Shown here: positions 30,053-40,160 of the stretch, piece by piece
Numbering within the stretch: position 1 is the stretch's first letter
How the letters are laid out: each line of letters opens with the position of its first letter
Origin: Candidatus Kerfeldbacteria bacterium
GTDB lineage: Bacteria > Patescibacteriota > Patescibacteriia > UBA10025 > JAHIVO01
NCBI GenBank assembly: GCA_047946875.1
Contig: CP181398.1
Span: forward strand, 79,154 to 143,153
Length of the DNA: 64,000 bases
Direction: 5' to 3'
Program-made: the position numbers and the translations under genes
Notes under the pieces: generated by a model
The model's input: the letters and a program-made list of their open reading frames with translations, nothing else
What the model was told of the DNA's origin: nothing
Database searches by the model: none

Positions 30053-30412
30053 ATGAAAAAAATAACATTTGGTTTAATGGCAATAGTTATGATTGCTTTG
30101 ATAGTAATGCCAATGACTGCATCAGCTTTGACAATAGACAGAACATTAGGAACTACATTAGAGTTGGGTACAGCTGATTTAGAGGCGACAGTAATTAATA
30201 TTATTCAATGGGCTTTAGGATTTCTAGGCTTAATTGCAGTAGTTATGATTCTATACGGTGGATTTATTTGGATGACAGCAGCTGGTAATGAAGATAAGGT
30301 TTCAACTGCAAAAAAAGTTATTTCTGCAGCCGTTGTTGGTTTAATTATTGTATTATTAGCATGGGCAATCGTTATATTTGTTGTTGATCAGTCAGATTCA
30401 TTGGTAAATTAA
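30053..30412 (+). CDS. small secreted membrane protein with VirB2/TrbC-pilin-like topology (signal peptide + two hydrophobic helices)
   Basis: RBS GGGGGTGG; Sec signal ...MPMTASA|LT; the mature ~95 aa contains two TM helices. The assignment rests on topology only. Confidence 0.3.
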   Translation: MKKITFGLMAIVMIALIVMPMTASALTIDRTLGTTLELGTADLEATVINIIQWALGFLGLIAVVMILYGGFIWMTAAGNEDKVSTAKKVISAAVVGLIIVLLAWAIVIFVVDQSDSLVN

Positions 30413-30489
30413 AATAATTTATACAAAAAGACTTATTAAATAATAAGTCTTTTTGATTTTGCTAAAAATATGTTAAAATAAGGTAAAAT

Positions 30490-33177
30490 ATGGATAAACT
30501 AAGTTACAATTTATCTGCAGGTGAGGTTCTCAAGAAATATAAAGTAAGTAATGATGGTTTGAGTGATCATGATGTTAATGAGAGATTTGAGAAGTATGGC
30601 CCAAATAAATTACCAGAAGAAAAACCATTTTCTATTTGGGTAATATTTATTGGCCAGTTTAAGAGTACGCTGATATATATTTTATTGATTGCTGCGGTTA
30701 TTAGTTTTGTTTTAGACGACATTGTAAATATGTGGGTTATTTTGGCTGCAGTCGGATTAAATGTTGTAGTAGGATTTTTTCAAGAGTTTAGAGCTCAAAG
30801 AGCTTTGGAAAGTTTAAGAAAGGTTGTTACACGACATGCTATAGTAAGAAGAAATGGTCATGAGACAGAAGTAGAAACTGTGAACTTAGTTCCTGGTGAC
30901 ATAGTCATTTTAAAAGCAGGAGTAAATATACCAGCCGATATTAGATTGATTAAATCGGCAGATCTTAAAGTTAACGAGGCGAGTTTAACGGGGGAGTCAT
31001 TACCAGTAAATAAAAAAATTGAAGCATTACCATCTGCTGTTATAATAGCCGAACAAAAGAATATGGTTTTTATGGGGACTACTATAGTAACTGGTAGTGC
31101 TGAAGGTGTTGTTGTTCATACTGGGTCAGAGACAGAAATTGGTAAGATAGCATCTTTAATTAAAGATACTAAGGAAGAAGAAACTCCGTTACAAAAAAAA
31201 TTATCAAAACTTGGAAAAAATTTAGGGATAATAATATTGGTATTGTCACTTGTAGTATTTTTGACAGGTGTCATTTTGAATTATGAAGTAAAAGAGATGT
31301 TCGCTGTGGCTGTAGCTATCGCTGTGGCTGCAATACCAGAGGGGTTGGTGGTGGTTGTAACTGTAATATTAGCAATCGGAATGCAGAGAATATTAAAACA
31401 TGATGCATTAGTAAGGAAATTAATTGCTGCAGAAACATTGGGTTCAGTTTCAGTTATTTGTACAGATAAGACAGGAACCCTTACAGAGGGAGAGATGAGA
31501 GTAGCTAAAATAATTACTCATAATCGTAGTCTTGATACAGCTAATTATAAAATTAATTTTGCAGAGGAAGATATTAGTCATCATACATTTTTTAGTGTTT
31601 TAAAGATTGGTCTTTTGGCATCTGATGCTTATGTAGAAAACCCTTCAAAAAATTTAGATCATGCTAGCGTGGTTGGCAGTCCTACGGAAAAAGCATTAGT
31701 TTTAGCGGCTTATCAAGCAGGTTTTGACCAGGATAAGGTTAGAAAAGAAAATCCAAGGTTAGAAGAGATACCTTTTGATTCTGATAAAAAATACATGGTT
31801 ACTTTACATCAAGATCAAAAGGGAAATAAGACTATTTATTTAAAAGGAGCGCCGGAAATAATACTTGGTAATTCAGTTAAAATTGACTTAGATAGTAAAA
31901 TTGAAACTTTAACTTCTTCTAGAAAGAAAAAGGTTGAAGAGGAATATAAAAAATTAAGTCAGGAGGGTTTACGGATTTTAGCGATAGCATATCGAAAAGT
32001 AAAAAAAGATTACTCAAATATTCATGGGGATAAAGATTTATTTTCTGAACTCGTCTTTGTTGGATTTGTTGGGATCAAAGACCCATTGCGTAAGAATGCA
32101 GCTTCTACTATAAAGTTATGTCAGGAGGCTGGTATCCGACCTGTAATGTTGACGGGTGATCATAAATTAACCGCGCAGGCAATTGCTAAAGAATTAAATT
32201 TACCAGCCGATGATCATAATATTATAGAAGGTTCTGAGTTTAGTAAGTTTACAAAAGAAGAACTAGAAAAGAGAATTACTGAGATTTCTGTTTATGCTAG
32301 AATCTCACCACATGATAAATTGAGAATCGTTGATGCTTGGCAAGAGAGAGGTGAGGTTGTATCGATGACTGGTGATGGTGTTAATGATGCACCAGCACTG
32401 AAATCTGCTGATATTGGTGTTGCTTTGGGCTCGGGGACTGACGTAGCAAAAGAAACAGCTAGTATGGTTTTATTGGATAATGATTTTAGTACAATTATTA
32501 AAGCAGTTGAGCAAGGGAGAATTATTTATGCTAATTTAAAAAAAGTAATATTGTTTTTAATGGCTGGTAGTTTTACAGAAATGATAGTAATAATTGTCGG
32601 ATTGTTTTTTGGTTGGCCACTTCCAATGTTAGCTGCACAGATTCTATGGTTAAATTTGGTTACAGATGGATTTCCTGATATTGCTTTGACTATGGAGCCA
32701 GGAGAAAAGGGGATTATGAAACAATCACCAATACCTCCAAACCAGCCAATTATTGATCGGGAGATTAAGTTTATTATTATATTAATAAGTGCATTAACAG
32801 GATTATTGTCATTAGGCTTGTTTTATTGGGTATGGAAATCAACTGGTGATTTGGAAAAAGCTAGAACTATGACATTTACTGCTGTAGCTCTTAGCTCGTT
32901 AATGTATGTATTTTCTTGTCGAAGCTTGAAAAGTTCAATTTTTAAAGTTGGTATTTTTTCTAACCGTTATTTGTTAGCTGCAGTATTTGTTGGTTTACTT
33001 TTGCAGTTAATAGCAATATATCTTCCATTTTTCCAAAACATATTTCAAACAGTATCATTGAATATCGCTGATTGGGGTATAATTTTATTACTAGGAGGTT
33101 TAGCTATTTTTGGTATTGAAATATCTAAATGGTTATTTCTTCACAAATTTATTGCTTATAAGAAGAAAAAGGCATAA
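30490..33177 (+). CDS. P-type ATPase, type IIA/IIB Ca2+(cation)-transporting
   Basis: DKTGTLT phosphorylation site, TGDGVNDAPALKSADIGVA hinge, and a 10-TM layout. Confidence 0.85.
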   Translation: MDKLSYNLSAGEVLKKYKVSNDGLSDHDVNERFEKYGPNKLPEEKPFSIWVIFIGQFKSTLIYILLIAAVISFVLDDIVNMWVILAAVGLNVVVGFFQEFRAQRALESLRKVVTRHAIVRRNGHETEVETVNLVPGDIVILKAGVNIPADIRLIKSADLKVNEASLTGESLPVNKKIEALPSAVIIAEQKNMVFMGTTIVTGSAEGVVVHTGSETEIGKIASLIKDTKEEETPLQKKLSKLGKNLGIIILVLSLVVFLTGVILNYEVKEMFAVAVAIAVAAIPEGLVVVVTVILAIGMQRILKHDALVRKLIAAETLGSVSVICTDKTGTLTEGEMRVAKIITHNRSLDTANYKINFAEEDISHHTFFSVLKIGLLASDAYVENPSKNLDHASVVGSPTEKALVLAAYQAGFDQDKVRKENPRLEEIPFDSDKKYMVTLHQDQKGNKTIYLKGAPEIILGNSVKIDLDSKIETLTSSRKKKVEEEYKKLSQEGLRILAIAYRKVKKDYSNIHGDKDLFSELVFVGFVGIKDPLRKNAASTIKLCQEAGIRPVMLTGDHKLTAQAIAKELNLPADDHNIIEGSEFSKFTKEELEKRITEISVYARISPHDKLRIVDAWQERGEVVSMTGDGVNDAPALKSADIGVALGSGTDVAKETASMVLLDNDFSTIIKAVEQGRIIYANLKKVILFLMAGSFTEMIVIIVGLFFGWPLPMLAAQILWLNLVTDGFPDIALTMEPGEKGIMKQSPIPPNQPIIDREIKFIIILISALTGLLSLGLFYWVWKSTGDLEKARTMTFTAVALSSLMYVFSCRSLKSSIFKVGIFSNRYLLAAVFVGLLLQLIAIYLPFFQNIFQTVSLNIADWGIILLLGGLAIFGIEISKWLFLHKFIAYKKKKA

Positions 33178-33231
33178 ATATAGTTATTTATGTATATGTT
33201 TGTTTAAGGCATATTATCATGACTTTTTTGT

Positions 33232-33260
33232 TTGCCAAATACATAAAAAAACAGTATAAT
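33232..33260 (+). promoter_or_regulatory. sigma70-like promoter (TTGCCA-17-TATAAT)
   Basis: ttgcca at 33232-33237 and tataat at 33255-33260. Confidence 0.45.
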
Positions 33261-33271
33261 ATTGGTATTAT

Positions 33272-34564
33272 ATGGAAAATGTGTATTTAGTAGATATCCC
33301 TAAATATTTAGATAAAGAAATCACCTTAAAGGGGTGGGTTTTTAATTTTCGCAGTTCTGGTAAGATTTTTTTCTTACAAATTAGAGATGGATCTGGTTTA
33401 ATTCAAGCAGTTATTTCAAAAAATGATGTGTCTGCGGAGACTTGGGAAAATTGTGAAAAAATGCAGATAGAATCAAGTGTAGAAATCATTGGCACTGTTA
33501 GTGAAGACAAAAGATCAGCCTCTGGATATGAAATGCAAGTTAGGGAGTTAAAAATTATTCATATAGCCGAAGAATACCCAATCGCAAATAAAGATCACGG
33601 AGTTGAATTTTTAATGGATAATCGGCATTTGTGGTTGAGGTCTCAAAGGCAAGTGTCAATTATGAGAATTAGGGATGAAATAATTTGGCAAATGAGGGAA
33701 TTCTTCCGTAATGAAGGATTTATGATGACTGATACGCCAATCTTAACTCCAACTTCATGTGAAGGGACAACAACATTATTTGAGACTGAATATTTTGATG
33801 AAAAGGCTTATTTAGCACAATCAGGACAGCTTTATTTAGAAGCTTTGGCTATGGCTCATGGGAGAGTATATGATTTTGGACCAACTTTTCGTGCCGAGAA
33901 GTCTAAAACACGTAGACATATGATGGAGTTTTGGATGTTGGATGCTGAAGCGGCATTCATGCAACATGAGGGAAATTTAATATTGCAAGAAAAATTAATT
34001 CATTATGTTATAACAAATGTATTAAAAAATAGAAGACAGGATTTAGAGATATTAGAAAGAGATGTATCACTATTGGAAAAAGTTAAAATGCCTTTTCCAA
34101 GATTAAGATATGTAGATGCAATAAATGAACTTCAAAAACTTGGGTCTGATATTAAAATGGGTGAGGATATGGGAGCTGATGATGAAACTATGTTGATGAA
34201 AAAATATGATCAACCAATTTTTGTAACTCATTATCCAACAAAAATAAAAGCTTTTTATATGCAACCAGATCCTGAAAATTCAGATTTTGTATTATGTGCT
34301 GATATGTTAGCTCCTGAAGGTTACGGAGAAATTGTCGGTGGATCTGAGAGAATCTGGGATGCAGAATTATTAAAACAACGTCTTAAAGAACATAATTTAT
34401 CAGAAAAAGATTTTGGTTGGTATTTAGATCTAAGACGTTATGGTTCGGTGCCGCATTCTGGATTTGGTATTGGTTTAGAGAGAACAGTGGCATGGATATG
34501 TGGTCTGGATCATGTACGAGAGACAATTCCTTTTGCACGATTAATTAATAGACTTAGACCATAA
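33272..34564 (+). CDS. asnS: class IIb aminoacyl-tRNA synthetase, AsnRS-type (asparaginyl-tRNA synthetase or archaeal-type AspRS)
   Basis: Motif 2 [21 protein letters not shown], motif 3 [17 protein letters not shown]-terminal OB fold; 430 aa. Confidence 0.6.
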   Translation: MENVYLVDIPKYLDKEITLKGWVFNFRSSGKIFFLQIRDGSGLIQAVISKNDVSAETWENCEKMQIESSVEIIGTVSEDKRSASGYEMQVRELKIIHIAEEYPIANKDHGVEFLMDNRHLWLRSQRQVSIMRIRDEIIWQMREFFRNEGFMMTDTPILTPTSCEGTTTLFETEYFDEKAYLAQSGQLYLEALAMAHGRVYDFGPTFRAEKSKTRRHMMEFWMLDAEAAFMQHEGNLILQEKLIHYVITNVLKNRRQDLEILERDVSLLEKVKMPFPRLRYVDAINELQKLGSDIKMGEDMGADDETMLMKKYDQPIFVTHYPTKIKAFYMQPDPENSDFVLCADMLAPEGYGEIVGGSERIWDAELLKQRLKEHNLSEKDFGWYLDLRRYGSVPHSGFGIGLERTVAWICGLDHVRETIPFARLINRLRP

Positions 34565-34566
34565 AT

Positions 34567-34974
34567 ATGAAAATAATAAAGGATAACAGGGGGATAACAG
34601 CATATTCAATAATGCTATTAGCTTTATTGGTATTGTCACTAGTTCTTTTAAACGGCATCTCAATTTCATTGAAAAATAATAGAGAAGCAAGGGCTAATAT
34701 AGCAACTGGATTGGAAATAGCTATAAGTTATTGCGGGGGAACTCACCAAATATTTCCATCCGCGTGTATTATTAATCGAGTTTTTGAGTGTGATGGTAAT
34801 TTTATATTGAGAAGTGGATGTCTAGGAGTAGGAGATATAATTTTGAATAAAAATGGTGAGTATGCAAACTGGTGTGGTTATACATCTCTAGAAGGAGCTT
34901 TGCCTAATTGTGGTGAATATTTAATTGATGTTACGGGCAAAGATTGTACAAAATATAATAACTTATGTTTATAA
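34567..34974 (+). CDS. small Cys-rich secreted/anchored protein with class-III (prepilin-like) signal-like N-terminus
   Basis: KDNRG|ITAYSIMLLALLVLSLVLL followed by a domain with 10 Cys. Confidence 0.35.
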   Translation: MKIIKDNRGITAYSIMLLALLVLSLVLLNGISISLKNNREARANIATGLEIAISYCGGTHQIFPSACIINRVFECDGNFILRSGCLGVGDIILNKNGEYANWCGYTSLEGALPNCGEYLIDVTGKDCTKYNNLCL

Positions 34975-34978
34975 TATT

Positions 34979-35563
34979 ATGATGCAAAATAGAAAAATAT
35001 CAACATTTTGGGGAATTTCAATAATTATTATTGAATCAGTTATTGTATTTTTTATATTTTATATATTGTATTTTTTCTGGATAGAGAATCCAACACCCAC
35101 TGATAATATATTAATTGTTAGAGCATTATCTAATCGTGGATTAGTGATACCTGCCAATGTTAATACCGCTGATTGGTTGACATACAATAATGAAGATTAC
35201 AATTTTTCTTTCAAATATCCAGCTTCGTACGATCTTACAAATGATGAAATTGCCTACGGAGAGAATGAAGGGGAATTAATTAATTTGAATGATACTGATA
35301 CTACAGATTTTTATGTTAGAGTGTTTCCAATTCAGCCTGAAGAGACAATTAGCAGTGCATATTTGCGTTTGACTGGGGTTAATCCTGAAGCGTATCAGTT
35401 TTTTACTGAGAAAATATCGGGAGCTGAAGCAGTCGTTTATAGGAAATTACCTGGAGATCCCATTGGTGACGAAATATATTTTATAAGTGGGCAATATTTA
35501 TATGAAGCCCCATTTAATAAAAATTCAGTAAACTTTTTATCTACGTTTAAATTTTTACCATAG
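34979..35563 (+). CDS. membrane-anchored extracytoplasmic protein, YxFSFxYPxxW-motif family
   Basis: TM anchor; motif NEDYNFSFKYPASYDL; C-terminus ..STFKFLP. The start was moved to ATG 34979 to avoid overlap with the upstream gene. Confidence 0.35.
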   Translation: MMQNRKISTFWGISIIIIESVIVFFIFYILYFFWIENPTPTDNILIVRALSNRGLVIPANVNTADWLTYNNEDYNFSFKYPASYDLTNDEIAYGENEGELINLNDTDTTDFYVRVFPIQPEETISSAYLRLTGVNPEAYQFFTEKISGAEAVVYRKLPGDPIGDEIYFISGQYLYEAPFNKNSVNFLSTFKFLP

Positions 35564-35569
35564 TTATTT

Positions 35570-36544
35570 ATGAAATATCATAAAGGATTTGTACCAGTAG
35601 CTGTAGTAATTATTATTGCTGTTTTAGCGATTGGATTTATTGGGGTGGCCATTTATTATGAAACGCAGAAAGATGATGTAGAAAATATTCCATGTTGGGA
35701 AAGAGCAGCTGGGTTAATTGGCGGTGATAAAATTGATTGTGAAGCAGATGATCGATGCTATTTACGTAAAGGCGCAAGTTGTCCAGAATGTATGGATGTT
35801 GTATTTACATGTTTAGAAGTTGATGGATCCAGTATAATTAACTTTGAAGAATGCATTGAAGCAGGTAATCCAGCCATGGAAAGTTATCCTAGGCAATGTA
35901 TAGCTGATGGTAAAACGTTTATTGAAGTTATAATTAACGTAAATACAAACACGAATACAAATACTATATCTGGTGGTCCGGTGCAATACGGTGAATGCGG
36001 AGACGGAATTTGTGATTCAGGGGAAAATACCAGCACATATCCTTATTATTGCCCTGAAGACTGTATTAAAACTAATACGGTATTAAATACGAATACCGTT
36101 ATTGATGAAACGGATGATTGGCAGACGTATATAAATAATGAATATGAGTATTCTTTTCAATATTCTTCTGATTGGACAATTGAGGTAAGTGAATATGATG
36201 CAAGTCCTTTTTCTTCAGATGTTGTAATTATTAATAATTTGCTTGATGAATCAGTGTTACATATATGCCCTGATTCTAGAGGTATGTCTTGTGTTCCATT
36301 TCAAGATGGTCAATGGGATTCAAAAAAAAGTGATATAATTGTTGGAAATACTCAAGCGGAGGAAGAGGTATATGTTTTTAGTGGGCCAGAGGATTGCTCA
36401 ACATGTACGACAAGGAGTTTAATTTCTTTTTCAAGTGCACAGGATGGATGGAAAGAGAATGGTCAGTTTATGCTCGTACCAGCTAGCGGGGGATCTTTTG
36501 ATGAATTAAAAAAAATACTTCGCACTTTTAAATTTACTAATTAG
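35570..36544 (+). CDS. membrane-anchored Cys-rich extracytoplasmic protein, same motif family, with NT-repeat linkers
   Basis: TM anchor; motifs CGDGICDSGEN...CPEDC and NNEYEYSFQYSSDW; poly-(NT) linkers; C-terminus ..RTFKFTN. Confidence 0.35.
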   Translation: MKYHKGFVPVAVVIIIAVLAIGFIGVAIYYETQKDDVENIPCWERAAGLIGGDKIDCEADDRCYLRKGASCPECMDVVFTCLEVDGSSIINFEECIEAGNPAMESYPRQCIADGKTFIEVIINVNTNTNTNTISGGPVQYGECGDGICDSGENTSTYPYYCPEDCIKTNTVLNTNTVIDETDDWQTYINNEYEYSFQYSSDWTIEVSEYDASPFSSDVVIINNLLDESVLHICPDSRGMSCVPFQDGQWDSKKSDIIVGNTQAEEEVYVFSGPEDCSTCTTRSLISFSSAQDGWKENGQFMLVPASGGSFDELKKILRTFKFTN

Positions 36545-36547
36545 AAT

Positions 36548-37942
36548 ATGAATAGAATTTTCACAAAAGAAATAGTAAATAAAGTTGGCGAGCAAGTAAA
36601 GCTTAACGGCTGGGTGCATGCTACTCGAAAAATGGGTAAGATGATTTTTATTGATCTACGAGATGTATCTGGTTTGGTGCAGGTTGTTTTTCATTCAGAA
36701 AACCCTGAGGCATTAAAATTAGCGAAACAATTACGACCAGAGTTTGTGATTGAATTAGTTGGGCAAGTTAATAAGCGTCCTGATAATTTGGTTAACAAAG
36801 AGATGATAACTGGTACAGTAGAAATTGAGGCTAAAGAATTAAAAATATTATCAGAATCAAAAACCCCACCATTCGAAATAGTAGAGACTAAGAAAGAAGA
36901 CGTAGGGGAGGAATTACGCTATAAATATCGTTACCTAGATTTACGTCGTGCTAATAACCAACGTAAGATAATACTTCGTTCTAAAGCTTTAAAATTTATG
37001 CGTGATTTCTTGCATAATGAGGGTTTTATAGAGATAGAGACGCCAATATTGGCTAAATCCACGCCAGAGGGCGCTAGGGACTATTTAGTGCCTTCTAGAC
37101 AGCATCCAGGCAAGTTTTTTGCCTTACCACAGTCTCCACAGCAGTATAAACAGATGCTAATGGTAGCTGGTTTTGATAAGTATTTTCAGATAGCTCCATG
37201 TTTTCGTGATGAGGACGCAAGGTCTGATAGAGCTCCAGATCAATTTTTCCAGCTTGATATTGAAATGTCTTTTGTTACACAGGATGAAATATTAAATTTA
37301 TTGGAAAAATTATATACAGAGATGATTGCAGAAGTTTTTCCGGAAAAGCATATGACTTTTGATAAATGGCCACGGATACCATTTGATGAAGCGATGAAAA
37401 AATATGGTAATGATAAACCGGACCTTCGTAAAGATAAAAACGATCTTAATGAATTAGCATTTTGTTTTATTGTTGACTGGCCTTATTTTGAACCAGAGAA
37501 AAAAGATGATAATTATATAGCCTTTCATCATATTTTTACCGCACCAAGGACTGAAGATATTCCATTATTAGATACTGATCCTCTGAAAGTTAGATCATGG
37601 CAACATGACTTAGCATTGAATGGAGTAGAGATAGCTGGTGGTAGTATTAGAATTACTGATCCGGAAGTACAGAAAAAGATATTTGAATTGGTTGGTATCG
37701 ATAAAGATGAAGCTAAGAAAAATTTTAAACATATGTTAGAAGCTTTTGAATATGGGGTACCTCCACATGGTGGGATTGCTCCTGGTATAGATAGATTGTT
37801 GCAAATATTGTTTAACGAAAAAAGCGTTCGAGAGGTTGTAGCTTTTCCAAAGACAGGAGATAATAGAGAACCAATGACTGGATCTCCATCTAAGTCTACA
37901 ACCGAACAGATGAAAGAATTACATATCAAGTTTGATAAATAA
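36548..37942 (+). CDS. aspS: aspartyl-tRNA synthetase, short bacterial-type lacking GAD insertion
   Basis: The QSPQQYKQMLMVAG motif, FRDEDARSDRAPDQFFQLDIEMSF, GGSIRITD and GxDR are present; 464 aa. Confidence 0.75.
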   Translation: MNRIFTKEIVNKVGEQVKLNGWVHATRKMGKMIFIDLRDVSGLVQVVFHSENPEALKLAKQLRPEFVIELVGQVNKRPDNLVNKEMITGTVEIEAKELKILSESKTPPFEIVETKKEDVGEELRYKYRYLDLRRANNQRKIILRSKALKFMRDFLHNEGFIEIETPILAKSTPEGARDYLVPSRQHPGKFFALPQSPQQYKQMLMVAGFDKYFQIAPCFRDEDARSDRAPDQFFQLDIEMSFVTQDEILNLLEKLYTEMIAEVFPEKHMTFDKWPRIPFDEAMKKYGNDKPDLRKDKNDLNELAFCFIVDWPYFEPEKKDDNYIAFHHIFTAPRTEDIPLLDTDPLKVRSWQHDLALNGVEIAGGSIRITDPEVQKKIFELVGIDKDEAKKNFKHMLEAFEYGVPPHGGIAPGIDRLLQILFNEKSVREVVAFPKTGDNREPMTGSPSKSTTEQMKELHIKFDK

Positions 37943-37955
37943 ATAATAAAGTAGG

Positions 37956-38300
37956 ATGAGGTTATCTCAACTACAAAAATATATTTTGCTTAGTACTTAT
38001 GGTGCTAGAAATAAAATAAAAAGAAATATTTTCTTAAAATTTTACGATAAACAAAAAAAGAAACCAAAGAAAGAAGATCAGCAGGGGATAATATCTCGAA
38101 GTATGGAAAGTTTGATAGAAAAAGGTTTGATGATTGGATACGGAAAGAGAACTCCAGAAAAATGGTTTATTGAAGAAGTAAAATTAACAAGCAAAGGTAA
38201 AATCCAGGTTAGAAAGTTATTTGGTGAACAACAAGTATTACCATTTAAATTAAAACAATTTTCCGGCAAAGCCGGATCCGGCCTGCCTGCCGGTAGGTAG
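37956..38300 (+). CDS. hypothetical small basic protein, possible winged-helix DNA-binding
   Basis: LSQLQKYILLSTYG...ISRSMESLIEKGLMIGYGKR resembles an HTH plus wing. The C-terminus is encoded by a GC-rich palindromic element. Confidence 0.3.
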   Translation: MRLSQLQKYILLSTYGARNKIKRNIFLKFYDKQKKKPKKEDQQGIISRSMESLIEKGLMIGYGKRTPEKWFIEEVKLTSKGKIQVRKLFGEQQVLPFKLKQFSGKAGSGLPAGR

Positions 38301-38310
38301 GCCCTGTCGG
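38263..38310 (+). repeat. GC-rich palindromic element (REP-like) in AT-rich background
   Basis: ccggcaaagccgg, gccggatccggc, and ggcctgcctgccggtaggtaggcc. Similar to the element at 42356-42412. Confidence 0.4.
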
Positions 38311-38333
38311 AAATAATTAATAATTATAATTTT

Positions 38334-40124
38334 ATGAAAACAATTAGAAAAAAAATCATCGTTGGATTAATGTCATTGTTAATCATCCTTCCGCAGATAT
38401 CTTTGGCTGATGGCATGATGATGCCCCCACAAAATTATTGGATTCAGGAAACAGGACAGAAGGCAGTTATTATGTATGAGGACGGAATAGAAACAATGGT
38501 TGTATCTACTTCTTTTGAAGGAGATGCAAATGATTTCGCTTGGGTAATCCCTGTGCCAAATAAACCAGAGGTTAGTAAGGGCTCTCAAGCACTGTTTACA
38601 AATTTGGATGGATTAACTGGTAATATAGTCTCTAATAGTAAAGATATTTCTTTTGGACTTAAAGCTACACAAGATGCTGTTTATGAAGGAGTTACTATCG
38701 TAGAAGAGAAACAAATTGATTATTATGACGTAACAGTTCTATCATCTACTGATAAAGATTCTTTAGTAACTTGGCTTAATGATAATGAATATAATTTTCC
38801 AACTTCAGCAAGTTATATATTAAATAGTTATATTGATAATGGTTGGTATTTTGTTGCAATGAAAGTTAATTCAGAAAGTCTTGAATGGACAGATGTATCA
38901 AAAAGTTTGAGAAAAGGAGAAGCAACTCCAGTAGTTTTACAGTTTGAAGCAAAAAATATTGTTTATCCGATGAAAATTTCTTCTATTGTTTCTAATAGTA
39001 AAAGTGATTCTGAGGAAGCTACTTATGTGACGGGAAAACATGGTCAGGCTCTTAAAGTTTATACCGCAGATGTTGCTGCTTCATATAACGATAAATTAAG
39101 TTTTGATATTACTGATCAGTTTAATACGGAAGCAGGCAGTTTATCAATGTGGTTTAAACCGCATTTTGAATATTCTTTTGCGAGTCATATGGAGGCAATG
39201 ACAATATATGATAATAATATTCCAATATTTTCATTTGGCTTAAAATTTGAAAATGGCGAACATCATTTAGTACTTACTTCAGTCGATGAAAGTGAAAATA
39301 ATTATAAGTGGGTTACTGAAGATATTGCTATCCCATATAATATAGATGTTTGGCGACATTTGGCCTTAACTTGGGAAAATGGAAAATTACCTAAAATTTT
39401 TTTTGGAGGGACAGAATTAATAATTTCTAAAGCATATATTAATAATAGCCAAAGTACTAATATAAATAGTGTTCCTTTTTCAATGAAAATGTTAAAGGGT
39501 ACTGAGGAAATGCGTATTGGAGAATCTGGTAACTATATTTATTTGGATGAATTTAAATTATTTAATAAGGCAAGAAGCAATGAATCAATTTCAAATGAAT
39601 ATTCTTATTCCCAATCTTATTCCCAACCAATTATTGATGAAGAAGGATCTGGTTTGACGATACTGGGACATTTTGATGGTACTTTAAAAAATGATGTGTC
39701 TGGAAATAATTTTAGTTTTAAAGCAGGATCAACTACTTTAGATAACAATTATGAAAGTGTTCCGATATTACTTTATGTATTGGCAGATAATAAAAAAACA
39801 TTGCCAAATTTTTCAACTAATTATGCAAATTGGATAGATAAGGAAAGTATTGAAAAATTAGCCATTGATGATCAAGGAGATTCATTATTAAAACCGACAG
39901 AAAAAAAATATTTTCTTACTAAGCTAACCAGAAGTATGACCTACGATCAAATGACGGAAGATTTATTTATTAGAGATGCTGAAAATAATGAAACAAGTGG
40001 AATAGAGATTACTTTAACTGGCACAAATTCTGTAAATACGTTTTATTTAGCAGTTGGTGCAGGTATATTACTGTCATTGATTTTAGCAATTGCAATATTT
40101 GTAATTAGTAGAAAAGTAGATTAA
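38334..40124 (+). CDS. DUF2330-like surface protein with inserted LamG/concanavalin-like domain and C-terminal TM anchor
   Basis: Signal peptide; the motifs ...FAWVIPVP... and ...VYPMKISS are DUF2330 hallmarks. The middle ~200 aa resemble a LamG jelly-roll. Confidence 0.5.
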   Translation: MKTIRKKIIVGLMSLLIILPQISLADGMMMPPQNYWIQETGQKAVIMYEDGIETMVVSTSFEGDANDFAWVIPVPNKPEVSKGSQALFTNLDGLTGNIVSNSKDISFGLKATQDAVYEGVTIVEEKQIDYYDVTVLSSTDKDSLVTWLNDNEYNFPTSASYILNSYIDNGWYFVAMKVNSESLEWTDVSKSLRKGEATPVVLQFEAKNIVYPMKISSIVSNSKSDSEEATYVTGKHGQALKVYTADVAASYNDKLSFDITDQFNTEAGSLSMWFKPHFEYSFASHMEAMTIYDNNIPIFSFGLKFENGEHHLVLTSVDESENNYKWVTEDIAIPYNIDVWRHLALTWENGKLPKIFFGGTELIISKAYINNSQSTNINSVPFSMKMLKGTEEMRIGESGNYIYLDEFKLFNKARSNESISNEYSYSQSYSQPIIDEEGSGLTILGHFDGTLKNDVSGNNFSFKAGSTTLDNNYESVPILLYVLADNKKTLPNFSTNYANWIDKESIEKLAIDDQGDSLLKPTEKKYFLTKLTRSMTYDQMTEDLFIRDAENNETSGIEITLTGTNSVNTFYLAVGAGILLSLILAIAIFVISRKVD

Positions 40125-40160
40125 TTAAATTTATATAATAAAATTATTAAATAAAAAAAT

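Noticed and set aside
34925-34978. Longer N-terminus for the 34979 gene (MMLRAKIVQNIITYVYNI...)
   Set aside because: It overlaps the preceding gene by 50 nt. The internal ATG at 34979 gives a clean start just after the upstream stop, with a typical N-terminal TM anchor.
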